From assembly GCA_964016885.1 (NCBI GenBank), contig OZ024746.1, positions 81,344,001-81,408,000 of the forward strand: a DNA stretch of 64,000 nucleotides. Direction: 5' to 3'. Shown piece after piece: positions 26,645 through 39,055 of the stretch. The stretch's first letter is position 1. Each line of letters opens with the position of its first letter. A program made the translations under genes and the position numbers. The notes under the pieces were generated by a model. It saw only the letters and a list, made by a program, of their open reading frames with translations, had not been told where the DNA came from and made no database searches. This DNA is from Eledone cirrhosa (taxonomy: Eukaryota).

Positions 26645-27189
26645 TTGCTATTTTGTGTGTGTGTGTATAGATATGTTTATGTGTGTGCGTGTGTGTGTAT
26701 ATATATATATATATGTATATTATTATTGTTGTTGTTGTCATTATATATATATATATATACATACATACATACACACATATATGTTAAGAAGTGTGCTAGC
26801 TGCTGAAGTGTATGATAAAGTTATACCTGTGTATATATATATATACATACATACAAGTGGAGAGATGCTGTGCTGAATAGGACTCGTCCCACTCTTGCAA
26901 GCAGGGAAAAGCGGACATAAAATGATGATGATGATGATGATGATATATATATACATAGAGTGGTGGGTAACTGAGCTTGCACCAATGTATCTATAAATAT
27001 ACACATTTGTTAATATGTAGGCATATAAATGTGCCAGAAAATATGAATTTCCCTATTAATTGAAAAAATAATAAACACCTTTAATCGATTTTTGGACCTA
27101 GTTGGGCCCTCATCAGGTGTGTATATCATCCAAGCAACCACAAGGAAACATCTAATTGATGGGGCTGTATATCCCCTTGCTCTTAGTAG

Positions 27190-27449
27190 TATCATCATCA
27201 TCACCGTTTTACGCCCGTTCTTCCACTCTAGCATGGGTTAGACAGGTTGTCCTGTTGTTGGCAGTGTCTAGTCGGCTGACCTTGTCTTGCTCATACGGGA
27301 ACTGATTCTGGCTTGATTTCTACAGCTGGATGCCCTTCCTAACCAACCTCATTTACAGTGAGTGCTGGGTGCTTTTTTTCTGTAGCGCCTACACGTCCAC
27401 TTTACAGTGTGGGCTGGGTGCTTTTTTGCCGTGGCACCTCCACGACCAC
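27190..27449 (-). mobile_element. 3'UTR fragment of the RTE family at 4935-6480
   Basis: Close match to 4935-5195, including the (TGA)n tail. Confidence 0.9.
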
Positions 27450-27901
27450 AAGTATATTAATTCTAAATGGTTTGAATTCACTCTTCTTCCACAAAATTAA
27501 CCTTCTTTCAACTTTATCATATCATACTAACAAAATTTAATCAGTTTAGCTCAGGCAGAAACATTAAGCCTGGCAAAATGAACAAGCTGTATAATCAAAA
27601 GTTTTAGACATCATGATCTGTCATTGCTCAAGCTTGGGTAAGCAGGAATAAGTCAGAATTACCACTGATATATACATATATGTTTTATAGAATCAACAGC
27701 CTGATGGCGTAATTGGTACAGATCTGGTTGTTGATATCCTGGGAGTGTATTGGGTATAGTTCTGAAGGGTGTGATTGGTTTTACTTTATGTCTAGTGACG
27801 TTTGTATATGGTGGGTTAGGTTGAGTGTAGATTTATGGATTATATTTACGTGAGTTTATGAATAGCATTGGTTTGGTCTCGCTATGTTTGAGTGCATATA
27901 T

Positions 27902-27934
<33 letters not shown>

Positions 27935-28003
27935 CACACATACATATATACACGCTTTTAAGGATAATTTCTTAAGTATATGTCCTGTTATCTGCTACAC
28001 ACA

Positions 28004-28123
<120 letters not shown>

Positions 28124-28124
28124 C

Positions 28125-28174
<50 letters not shown>

Positions 28175-28178
<4 letters not shown>

Positions 28179-28491
28179 CAGTAATACAAAGTACCCGACC
28201 TCCCATGGGTACAAGCTGAAACATATAGACAATATGCCCCCACACCCCCCACTGCAAGGTGGTCGTGGAGGTGCCACAGCAAAAAACTACCCAGCCCACA
28301 CTGTAAAGTGGACGTGTAGGCGCCACGAAAAAGCACCCAGCACTCACTGTAAATGAGGTGGTGTAGAAATCAAGCCAAATCAGTTCCTGTATGAGCAAGG
28401 CATGGTCAGCCGACCAGACACTGCCCACAACAGGACAACCCGTCTAACCCATGCTAGCGTGGAAGAACGGACGTAAAACGGTGATGATGAT
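28175..28491 (+). mobile_element. 3' fragment of the same RTE family, opposite orientation
   Basis: Reverse complement of about 4935-5275. Starts in a (TA)n tract and ends GTGATGATGA. Confidence 0.9.
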
Positions 28492-28499
28492 ATATATAT

Positions 28500-28711
28500 C
28501 AGAGCTTTCCAAACTTTTTTCCATTAACAACATATTTTTAAATATGGAACTCTTCATGATACATTTAGCAACACAAAATTAAGGAAAATGATAAACAAAC
28601 ATGTCAGATTGCAAATATACTTTACAGTCAACTATTTGTAGAAGAGTAAATTTGGTGATATATTATCAGCAATGCAGTAAAGTGTTGAGACACAAAATTT
28701 GGACAACTCTA
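28500..28711. mobile_element. Probable hAT MITE
   Basis: CAGAGCTTTCCAAACT ... AATTTGGACAACTCTA imperfect TIRs. TSD not clear. Confidence 0.45.
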
Positions 28712-28924
28712 TTTTTGATTACTGAGTTATAGTTTGCTTTATGGCCATGTGGATCTCAGTTTGATCCCATTGCATAGCATCTTGGACAAGTGACTACTGT
28801 ATCCTTGAATTAAGCAATACCTCATGAGTAAGATTTGGTAGAGACAAACTGTGTGAAAGCCAATTGAATATGAATTGGTGGTGTCCGTGTCTGTGATATG
28901 TTGTGTCTCTAGCTTAGCAGATCA

Positions 28925-29120
28925 TCAGCATCATCATCATCGTTTAACGTCCATCTTCCACGCTTGCATGGGTTTGGACGGGAGTTTTCCCACTTGAGGC
29001 AAGAGTGGTTGTCTTGCTCGCATAGGACTGTCTGGCGGGTTTTCTACGGCTGGATGCCCTTCCTAACACCAACCACGTTTACAGTGTGGACTGGGAGGTT
29101 TTTACTGTGTTACCTACACG
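28925..29120 (-). mobile_element. RTE-related 3' tail fragment (sister family; related pieces at 4615-4810, 13686-13720, 19657-19710, 37080-37140)
   Basis: Shares the CATCATCATC-GTTTAACGTCC..CCATGC..GCATGGGTT and CTGGATGCCCTTCCTAACACCAACC blocks. Confidence 0.7.
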
Positions 29121-30239
29121 GCGATCAAGAAATACAAATATAAAATAAGTACTGGGGTCGATATAATTGACTAAAGTCTTTGAAGGTGCCCCAGTATACC
29201 CATTGGCCAATGACTGAAACTAGGAAAAGAAAAAAGTGAAGAAATCTATCTTCTCTAAACATCAAAAGATCAATGATAAAATATTATAACAGAAAAAAAA
29301 TGTTTCCATTGAATGTTTCCTTTTCATATGACACACAACACTGAACCTTTTCCAAATTCTTATCTTCAAAATTATTTTAAACTATAGGTAATATCTTTCA
29401 TTAGAAATATGGTAAAACTCACAATCTTCAATGACCTTTCTTGAGAAAGCTTTACATCCTATGCTTTGCCAAAACTGTATCACATAAACTTACCTTTCTT
29501 TTTAGAATACAGAAAATATCTCAGCCATGTCCAGATGTTTCCCCAACTATGCTCTCATATTCAGCTGACACACTTTCTATTTACTTATTTTATTTTATTT
29601 TTTTAGTACTGGTATCCTAGACTTTCTAACTTATAATAAACTCTGAAAATCTTCAGTTCCTGGCTCACCATCAAAATTACCCTTCCTTTTTTTCCCCCTC
29701 CCATTACAAGAATGAATTCCACTATTCACAAACTGATGCAAACAACAACACTTGAAACCATCTGTTGCAATTATTTAGGTTTCTGGTCCAAAACCCCTTA
29801 ATCCATTACTGCCTTATGGACCTCCCTTCACTCCAACTGAATATGTTCCTGAGATACTCTAAGCATCGCCAGATTAAATGACACGTTAACTATATTCACT
29901 CAGGCACTCTCCAGGCTCATCTGATAGGGTATCCATGAAATTTGTTAAATTTTGTTTTATATATATATATATATATATTGATGAGTAAAACTAATTATAA
30001 ATTGGCACCCGTTTCAGCGATATGATTTCACATGAATTGGATATTCAGTGTTAAAATTGTGGATTAACACCAACATCCAATTCTAATCTCCATTGTGTTT
30101 GATGAGCAAATTGATCCTAGAGCTGAGCTAATTCTAATAAAATAAAACTCTGAACTGGTCATTAGCAAAATGCGTGTTAAACATGATTATGAATAAAATA
30201 TGTTGAACTGAAACTTCAGTCTATCTTTATTTATATAAA

Positions 30240-30549
30240 GGTTCATGAATGACCATGGGATTTGCACCTAGAAAGTTTCCCCCTAACAAGTCTGGGCAAA
30301 GTTGTTTGTGGAAGACCAGCAGTTGCCCAAGCATACCGGTCTCTGTTCTCCATGCCACCGATGCTGTCCAAGGGAAAAGTAATAGTTGATACAGCTTGGC
30401 ACCACTGACATTGAAACTCATTTTTACAGCTGAGTAAACTGGAGCAACATGAAATAAAGTCTCTTGCTCAAGGACACAACGCATCACCCAGTCCAAGAAT
30501 CGAACTCACAAACTCCTGATTGCAAGTCCACTAAGATTTGCACCTTCAC
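30240..30549 (-). mobile_element. tRNA-derived SINE, family S2 (related piece at about 33645-33900 on +)
   Basis: Minus strand GAGTTCGATTC B-box followed by TGTGTCCTTGAGCAAGAGACTTTATTTCA...CAGTTTACTCAGCTG. Confidence 0.65.
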
Positions 30550-30694
30550 TTTATTTATATATATATCTGTGTGTGTGTTTAAACAGTGTGCCCTAAGTTT
30601 AATGGTTGGATGAACAGTATTTATGCTTAAAGGAAGGCATTAAAAAAGTCTCATCCAAGACATGTCAGCATGGAAAAGCAAGCATGAAGATCTA

Positions 30695-30729
<35 letters not shown>

Positions 30730-32875
30730 GAGGGGGGGGGGGTGAGTTAAGTATCATATACTAGGTAGGACTGCCACACCCACACCCACACACCTTAATA
30801 CAATATGTAAGATTTGTCCTATGTATACATGTTACATTATCATAGAGTTTATAGTACACATATCACAAAAACCTGTATGGAACACACTGTCTGTCTTACA
30901 TCACAGCATGATATATATACTATACTGCCAGTTTTTTTTGTTTTTGTTTATATATTCAACAACACAGATCATTAGAGTATGTTCTGTCTGTCTAGTATAT
31001 GTAACTTAAAGCACAATGACTCAATGAATTAAAATGACACCAATTCAGCATAAGAAAAAGAATAAATATAGACCTATATAAAACTAATTTAAGTGTTTCA
31101 AAATGCAGACCACTGACTGACTTGGTGGGTTTGTATAGTGGGAAATCCATTCAGATATCTAGGGTATGAAAAGCACAAGGAATATAAGTACAGCTGATAG
31201 TAGTGAGCTTAAAAACAGCTAAATTTTTGCAAGTCACTACCAAATCCTAAAAGTTACCTCCTCTCCCCCTATAGCTTGTTCTATTTCTACTCTTTCAAAG
31301 CTACCACTCCTCCTCCTCCTTTATCTATCATTGACAGTGGTGGCAATAAGGAGTGTCTTGTGACAATTGAAACATCCTGTTAGGAACTAAGACTCAATAT
31401 ACAAAACAATATAAAAAAATAAAAAGTAGTCAACAGTTGGAAGACTTGTTAACCACAAAAGTTAAAAGAAAAAAGAAAAAAAAAAGAAATTCATTGCTGA
31501 CTGACTACTACTATTAATACCTGATAATGAATACAACACAACAAAATAATATAAATAAAGGGAGACTCAGGGCCTCCACTCTCACAGGAAAGATTCTGAT
31601 ACAAATAACCAGTGTTCTTGGTCAATGTACTACCCTCTTAGTTACTGCTAATTGGAATGGCTATTTCAATTCATCTCCCTCGCTTTTTCCATTCTGTCTG
31701 CTAGGATCATTGGGCTTCTTGCAAGCCAGAGAACATTCTCTCACACTGTCCAGGCTTGCACCATCGGGGTAACAATGTTTGAATATTCACATTCCTATTT
31801 TTGTTGTATTTAAACTCACTGTTAGAACATTTATTATTAAAAAAAAAAAAAAAAGATTTATACTGCTCACACTAATCAGTGGGTTAAATTTTAAATTCCT
31901 GTCACTTCTATGACAATGATTTCTTCAACAGACATGAAACATGGAACAAATAAAGTGTTAGGTCCAAGGACACAACACCACATCTTCTAGTCAATAAGCT
32001 GCTTGATCTGCTAAACATAGCAGTGAAATCATCTTCCAATTATATATTACTGCCTTCAAAAACGAAGGATATTGAATAATATTGTCTCCTGAAAAAAGAT
32101 GAGATTTTCACAGTTGGAAAGGCTTTTTCTTACTTTTTTTGTTCTTTGCTGTAAGTTTTCTCAATCAGGGCTAAACCTGGACCTAAACAACAACATGGCA
32201 TCTGTGTCAAGAACAAGTAAATACACATGGTTCAGAAGAAAACCTTTACCAAGTAAATGGAAAAGCCAATATGATTTAGCCAGATTGTCAGACTATTTCA
32301 AAAATGTTTATTTGTACTAAAATCATTTCATATTTTAAAATTTGAGTTTTTTAGGCAACACTCATCTATTTCTATAAGATATGTTAAAGTGACTGAATAT
32401 TAAAAATAATATTGTCAAAAATTCCTATGGTCCCAACACTGGTTAAGAAGAAACAGATTATCACCACCATCATCAGTACAACTATCAAAGCTTATAATAA
32501 TAATTTGTTTTATGATTAGCTCTCAATTTATAATAAAATTATAACAACTTCAATCTTTTATCAGGTTTTTGACTGCCAATATACACAAAGAAAATTTAGT
32601 ATGTCTATTTATAATGGGTGGAGATTCTTGTGTATACAGTGCAAACACACACTAATCTGATACCAGCTTACTATTACTAAGCCAATTGTAACCAAAAAAC
32701 AAAAAACTAAGTGAGTAGTATAGAGGCCTTGAAAATGAATTTTGAGTTACTTTATATCGCCCTTCTCCAGACTCAGCCACGATTCAATGAGACAGTTTCC
32801 ATATCAAAATCTTAAAATTTTAGGAGATTGGGTTCAATAACTAAGATGGGGATGATCATGAGCAGAGCACTTGCC

Positions 32876-33072
32876 TTAACCCTTTAGCATTTACATTACT
32901 CTATATATACTATTGTATTTTCACTATAAAGGCTTTATTTTACATAATATTGAATCTATGATATTTTGATATTATTTATTTTGAAAACAATACGTTAACA
33001 TCAGCTGGTTAGAACAGAAAGAGGTGAGAGAATTCTGGCCAGATACAGCCGGTTTAAATGCTAAAGGGTTAA
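32876..33072 (+). mobile_element. piggyBac-type MITE, family A
   Basis: Same TIR and TSD, with a small internal deletion. Confidence 0.9.
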
Positions 33073-34589
33073 GTTTGCTCTTGTACAGTTAACAGGGAAT
33101 ATTGTACAAATAAAAGATCTGATGTTATAGATAGAAATGTGTCTATTATAACTATCTCGTCATGTGGCTCTCAAACTTCATATGTTTACTGCAGCATGGT
33201 ATTAAAATTTTAAATTATATTACATATAAATTTTATATTTCTTTAATTAAGTCTATGAAATATATGAAGGATAATTATATATCAATCAAATTAAAATAAA
33301 GATATTTTGAGGAAAGTATTTCATTTCATAGTCATGAAGAAACATTTAATGCTATACATTTGAAAAATTCAATTTCATAGTACTGATGTATCAACCACTT
33401 TAAATCATATGAAAGATACAGATTTAAGAAGATATAAGGACACAAATGAATCTTTAAACCCCAGCACATATATCCAAAATGAAAATTCAGAGGAGAATTT
33501 TGCATTAAAGTAAACGATATCCTGAAAAATAGGTTTAAAGTTTTAATTGCCTCTCCACCTTCAATCCCTAGTATACAATCTTAGTATCAAAGAAAAGGAT
33601 AGGTGGTTTTTAGCCATTCTATTTAAGTTGGTTACATTAAAAAAAGGTATGCGACCTAGAGGATCATATGGTCATCATTTGATTCCCAGACCAAGCGGTA
33701 CATTCTGTCCTGGAGCAAGGCACTTAATTTCACATTGCTCATATCCACTCAGCTGAAAATTAGTACCAGCAGCAGCTCAGAGTTAACCCTGCAATGAACT
33801 GGTGTCCTGTCCACGGACAAACTCTTGTACTCTCAGTCATGAGACTGGGATAAGCTCCAGCCTTCATCCAACCCATGCAAGAATGGGCACAAAAATGATG
33901 ACTCTCTCACACATTAGAAAGATTTTTTAAATTAAAATTAATTAAATATTCTTCCTACACATATTAAACTTGGAGTCAGTTTTATCTGGTATGTAACCAA
34001 TTGTTACTCTTTCTCTATTGTTTCCTATTAACTACAAATTCATGTTTTTCCTTTCTATCTTTATATTAGTCTCAGCCTAACTGGGTTGACACAATTAACA
34101 AGTTAAAATAAAAAAAAAACCTAGCTTCTCTCCTCATACTACCTTTGTTACACAATTCTCCATCTGGCAGGAGAGTAAAAAAGCTTATTAAAAGAACTTG
34201 ATCTGTAATAGAATAATTGTAATAGAATAATAGAAATATATATTTGAGGCAATGAAGTACAAGAGTACTAAAGATAGATAGATGACAGACAGGCAGATGG
34301 TAGACATACAGACTGATAGATAGATAGGGAATGGGTTATTCAGAAGATGATGGAAATTATAATACAATTTAATACATATTTGATCTTTTTAAATGTTCTC
34401 TATATCCATATTACCATGGGAGAGAGTGATGATTATGCAAAATATGAACATGTGTACACATTTTTTGAAGCAGATGTATGTATCTTTGTTTAAAAATAGC
34501 AAAAACAAGGAAGTTGAATACTTCATCGAGGCAGGGTGCTTGTTTCACAATTGGTTTCTAACACCAACTATTATTATTAAACCCACAAT

Positions 34590-34799
34590 AATCATTTTAA
34601 TACATCATTCAAAATCGCATCTGGTTCTATGAAACGAAACCACTTATTTTAATAGGTTCTTATTTAAATTGAAACTTTCCAACATGATTTTATCAACTTA
34701 ATAATGACATGATTAATAATTTTAGTAAATCCCTCCAAATTCTACATTAATTAATTGAAATACAGTTTTTCATTAGAAATAAAGTAACAAAAGGGTTAA
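34590..34799 (+). mobile_element. piggyBac-type MITE, family B (left end decayed)
   Basis: Right end TTCATTAGAAATAAAGTAACAAAAGGG|TTAA and body similar to family B. Left boundary approximate. Confidence 0.55.
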
Positions 34800-35193
34800 G
34801 GAAATATAGCAATGTCTAAATTTTTATTTGTAATGTTTAGTACCAGATTTAATAATTTTCACTACATACTTCACATCACACCAAGTCTGACTTGGGTTTT
34901 CACCTCCTCAAAGATTGATCAACTCTCTTTTACAAATTGTTCGAAAACATTATAGTGTGTACATATGGTAGGTGGGGGATTGAATATCTATATTTAAGTC
35001 TATGTAGTCAATGAATACAGTGTCTAAATTGAATATGTATTAACACACATTAATGCAAATGTGTCTTTTGTATAATGAAATATAGTGGAACTAGGGAACT
35101 AGAGAAGATTCCTAAATGCATACTTACTATGTCTTAACATAAAATTTATTCTATATTAGAGGACTGATAAAGATCAAGTGGTATATTAACTAT

Positions 35194-35409
35194 TTAATCT
35201 TTTAGCATTTATATTACTCTATATATAGTGTTGTATTTTCACAGTAAAGGCTTTATCTCACATAATATCAAAACTAAGAACTTTTAATATTATTTATTTT
35301 GAGAAAAATACCTTAACATCAGTATGAGTGGCCAGTTACAGCCAATTTGAACGGAAAGAGGTGAGAGAATTCTGGCCGGATATGGCTGGTTTAAATGCTA
35401 AAGGGTTAA
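35194..35409 (+). mobile_element. piggyBac-type MITE, family A
   Basis: Same body. Left TIR decayed (TTAATCTTTTAGCATTTA), right TIR intact. Confidence 0.85.
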
Positions 35410-36242
35410 AGCAAATATCTCTTAGCAACTGAAAGTGACAATCAAGATATAGGCCTATACCTTTAGTTGCATTCCCTGCAACTATTTTTTTACCTGTTTT
35501 TAATTAACAGTGGATATCATTGGAATGATTATCAAAATAATAATGAAAATCTAATTCAAGACTATGTAAGGTGAACAATATCAAAGCTAACATAACTGAG
35601 GTATTATGAACTAAAAGTCAAGTCACTACAGAGGTTGGTAGGTGAGTAATTAATCATTCTTAAAAGACTAACTTTAAAATCAATCTTATCATAAATAAGA
35701 CAGTATAACACAGCCTATCAGTATATATTTCAACGTAGTTATAACAATAAAGGGTTAACAACCTAAGTTAATCAAAATTAGTTTGAAATCAAGTTCACAT
35801 TTGACTCATATATAAACAGATATAATTGAATAGAGGATGAGAAAAATCATTATGTCAGGCTTATAACATCTACCTTGATTGGCTAAAACAAGTAAAATGT
35901 TCAACTAGGTCTTCATCTTATGAGGTGACTGATGCCTTTAACTTTAAATTTAATGGATATTTCTCCTCCTGTTTTAGTAAATGTGAAAAGTAGTACAAAA
36001 AAACAAACAAAAAAAAACTGGCCAATATCTATATTATTAGAATTAAATAAGATTTTCCAAGCCAGTAAATACCCACAACAACACCTCTCTCCAACTGTTG
36101 GTCCTTCATTAGTAAATGTCAGCTTGAATAGAACTAATTGCACATTGATTTAAACTTGTTTAATTTCTCTATTACTACACCTAATATTATGGTTAAACAG
36201 TTGGAACGGAAGTATGGTATAGCATACCATTATACAGCATAG

Positions 36243-36364
36243 GTCTGAGTTCAAATCCCGCCAAGGTTAACTTTGCCTTTCATCCTTATGGGGTTGATAA
36301 AATAAAGCACCAGTAATGCACTGGGATAATTCCTGGTCTTGTACCAAAAGTAGAAACAATTATA
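36243..36364 (+). mobile_element. SINE family S1
   Basis: Core nearly identical to 62051-62170. Confidence 0.85.
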
Positions 36365-38249
36365 TTTACTAACAAAAAATAAGTAAATATTACAAAATGG
36401 AAAAGGTTATTGAAATGACCTTTTTTTTTTTACATACGCATACTTTTAAAACATACTAAAATCCCTAAATGAAGCAATACAAAAGAAAAAAAGTATTTTA
36501 TTTTGAAGTTTAAATATTTGGGATTTGATTTTTTATCTAATAAGGAATTTACAGTTGAATGGTATTTAATTTTTAAAAATATAAGAAAAATTTAAATATT
36601 TTCTAAAATCAGATTATACTATTTTAGCTTCATAAATCATATTTTTTGTCATTTTGATTTTTTCATTTACTATTTAGTCAGTGAAAGAATGGCAGTGCCC
36701 ATGGCCATTATCTGGCTCACCAAAATAGGAGAAAGGGAGAGAGGAAGGTATCCTTAAACTATTGACTTGGTCTGAATACTTGAAACAGAGTGGACACTGC
36801 TAAAGGTACCCAAGAAACATATGGTGATGTCAAACCCGGTGAGATATTAAGTCTAACACCCAAGTAGGCCATGGCCTGATTTGAACTCAGAAGGCATACT
36901 TCAAAGCAGCTGATTCAATGCTCTAACAATTCTATTAATCCACCATCTTGGACTGGTACTATATTTTATCAACCTCACAAAGTTGAAAGGTAAAATTGAC
37001 CTCATCAAGATATAATAAATTCAGATACCTGAAACAAACCCTACAATGAGTTTATCCATTTGAATGTCAAAGATATAGCAATCATCATCATCAAGACTGT
37101 TTTATGTCTGTTTTCCCTGCTAGCATCAATTGGATGAGTTGTCATGTTCTGAGGCTAGAAAGGTTCTGTGACCCCAACCTAGAATTAAATACTTAATCCT
37201 TATATGTTTGTTGGAGAGCAAATTAAATTCTGTTGATAAAAATGTGAAAACCAATTTATAGTTGTCATATGAGACCATAGATTTGCATCTGGAAAGTTCC
37301 TCTTTAAGATGCTAGCCTGAGCAAGTTTTTTTTTATGAAGGATCAGCAGTCACTTATGTATATGAGTCTTCCCTCTCCAAGCCATAGATGTAATCTAGTA
37401 GAAAGTCATTTTAACTTGCAATGCAGTATGCCAAAACAAATACCTTTAGTATACTGATAAAATTGTAAGAACACTAAATCAATCAGAAAATAATACTATA
37501 GATCTGGAGAAACCATTGTTCAAGCCAAGGCAGCACCTACACAGATGCTAAATATGCTTGAACCAGTAGCCAAATCTCCTTCAAAACCTAGCCTATCATC
37601 TTAGAAAAGGGTGCATTGAATAAAAGTGGTCCTAAGAGACAATGACAGGTAGTGGTAGTAGGGAATAAACCTAACTAAAATGTTTCTGATTGTAAGTCTG
37701 CTTGTTTAAGGCTAACGCTGGGACTAGTCATCAATATTATACCCATTTCAAAATGAATAAGTGATTTAAATTGTTTGACTTTGAGATCACTTATGTACTA
37801 ATTATATAACTGAGAAAAATAAATGTTTGGAAAATAAATATACCTAAATTGCTTAATGCCATTAGATATAAATATGTGATCACAAGAACATAAGAAAATT
37901 CTTTCCTCCCAAATGAGAGGAATTCACTCAACTGGAAAGAAGAAAAAACAACAACAAGAATGAAGTGAACAGAATTGGACACAGGTTTACTGCATTAATC
38001 TGCTGCATTTATGATAAAACTCAGCCAACAACAACCATGACAGTACCACCTTACCAATTATTCCCATTTGGGAAGTCAGAAGAAGATAACTGATAAGATA
38101 TATCACTGAAACAATATAAAACAGTTTCAATTCTACTTGGCAGCAACTACATAAGTTACTAAACACAAAAATAAGACATCCTTCTTCAGATCAATGGCTA
38201 ATTTCCTTCTTCTTCGCCCACTTATTTCTAAGAGTAGAGTCCTCAAACA

Positions 38250-39055
38250 TTCCTTCCAGTGGGTCATCAGAAGCAACCGTCTCCAACTGATCTGGCTGAA
38301 TCCCCTAGCAAGACCAGCCGAGCTCATTGATGTTATCCAACCATCTTGCTCAGGGTGGGTCAACCCCTAGGTCTCTGCCAACTGGTTTTGCTTGTAAAAT
38401 CTGTCCAGTGATTCTTTACTGAGACATTCTAACCCCATGCCTATAGTATCAGAGCTGTGATCTCTCAATTTGAAGATGTAGTAGCTCTACCTGGAGCAAC
38501 TCTCTGATCTCCCAGCTATGCACTCTATTGAGTAACGTTACTCCAAAGACTCTTTGATGAACCCCATTTTGGCCACTTGTATTCATGATCATATCCTTTT
38601 GGTCATTACCCAAGATTCATGACATAGGAAAGAGTTGGCATGAATCCCGAATTAAAGATAATGAGTTTGGCTACCTCCTCCATTACCGAATGCTGAAGCT
38701 GGAGCATTACTGCACCAGCTCCTACAATTTTTTCACTTAATTCATCCTTCTGCTTTCCATCACTTGTGAACATGGCCCCGAGATACTTGAACTTCTCTAC
38801 CTGCTTCAGTGGAACTCCATTCACATGTAAAGTGCACTTGAGAGGATGAGTTTTCGCAGCACTGATTTTCATTCCAGCCATGCAGAACTCAGCATCAAAC
38901 CTATCAAGTGCAAGTCGGAGATCACCTTCTGTTAAGTAAAGTAATACCATGCTGTCTGCAAATTCCAGCAGACTGTTTCCACACCTGCTAGTCATGATAC
39001 CACTTCCAATCTAGCTGCGCATTTCAATCTTGTTCATGAAAATAATGAACAACTA
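38250..39055 (-). mobile_element. Decayed RTE-clade (Expander/Rex3-like) LINE RT fragment
   Basis: LLEFADSMVLL...DLRLALDRFDAEF..AGMKIS...LKQVEKFKYLGAMFTSDGK...AKLIIFNSGFMPTLSY. The downstream frame continues with IERSQL-like RTE text. Heavily mutated. Confidence 0.8.

Noticed and set aside
31560-31800. GC-richer unique stretch with short open frames on both strands, considered as YAP exon 2
   Set aside because: No WW or other YAP motif in any frame, and frames are short.
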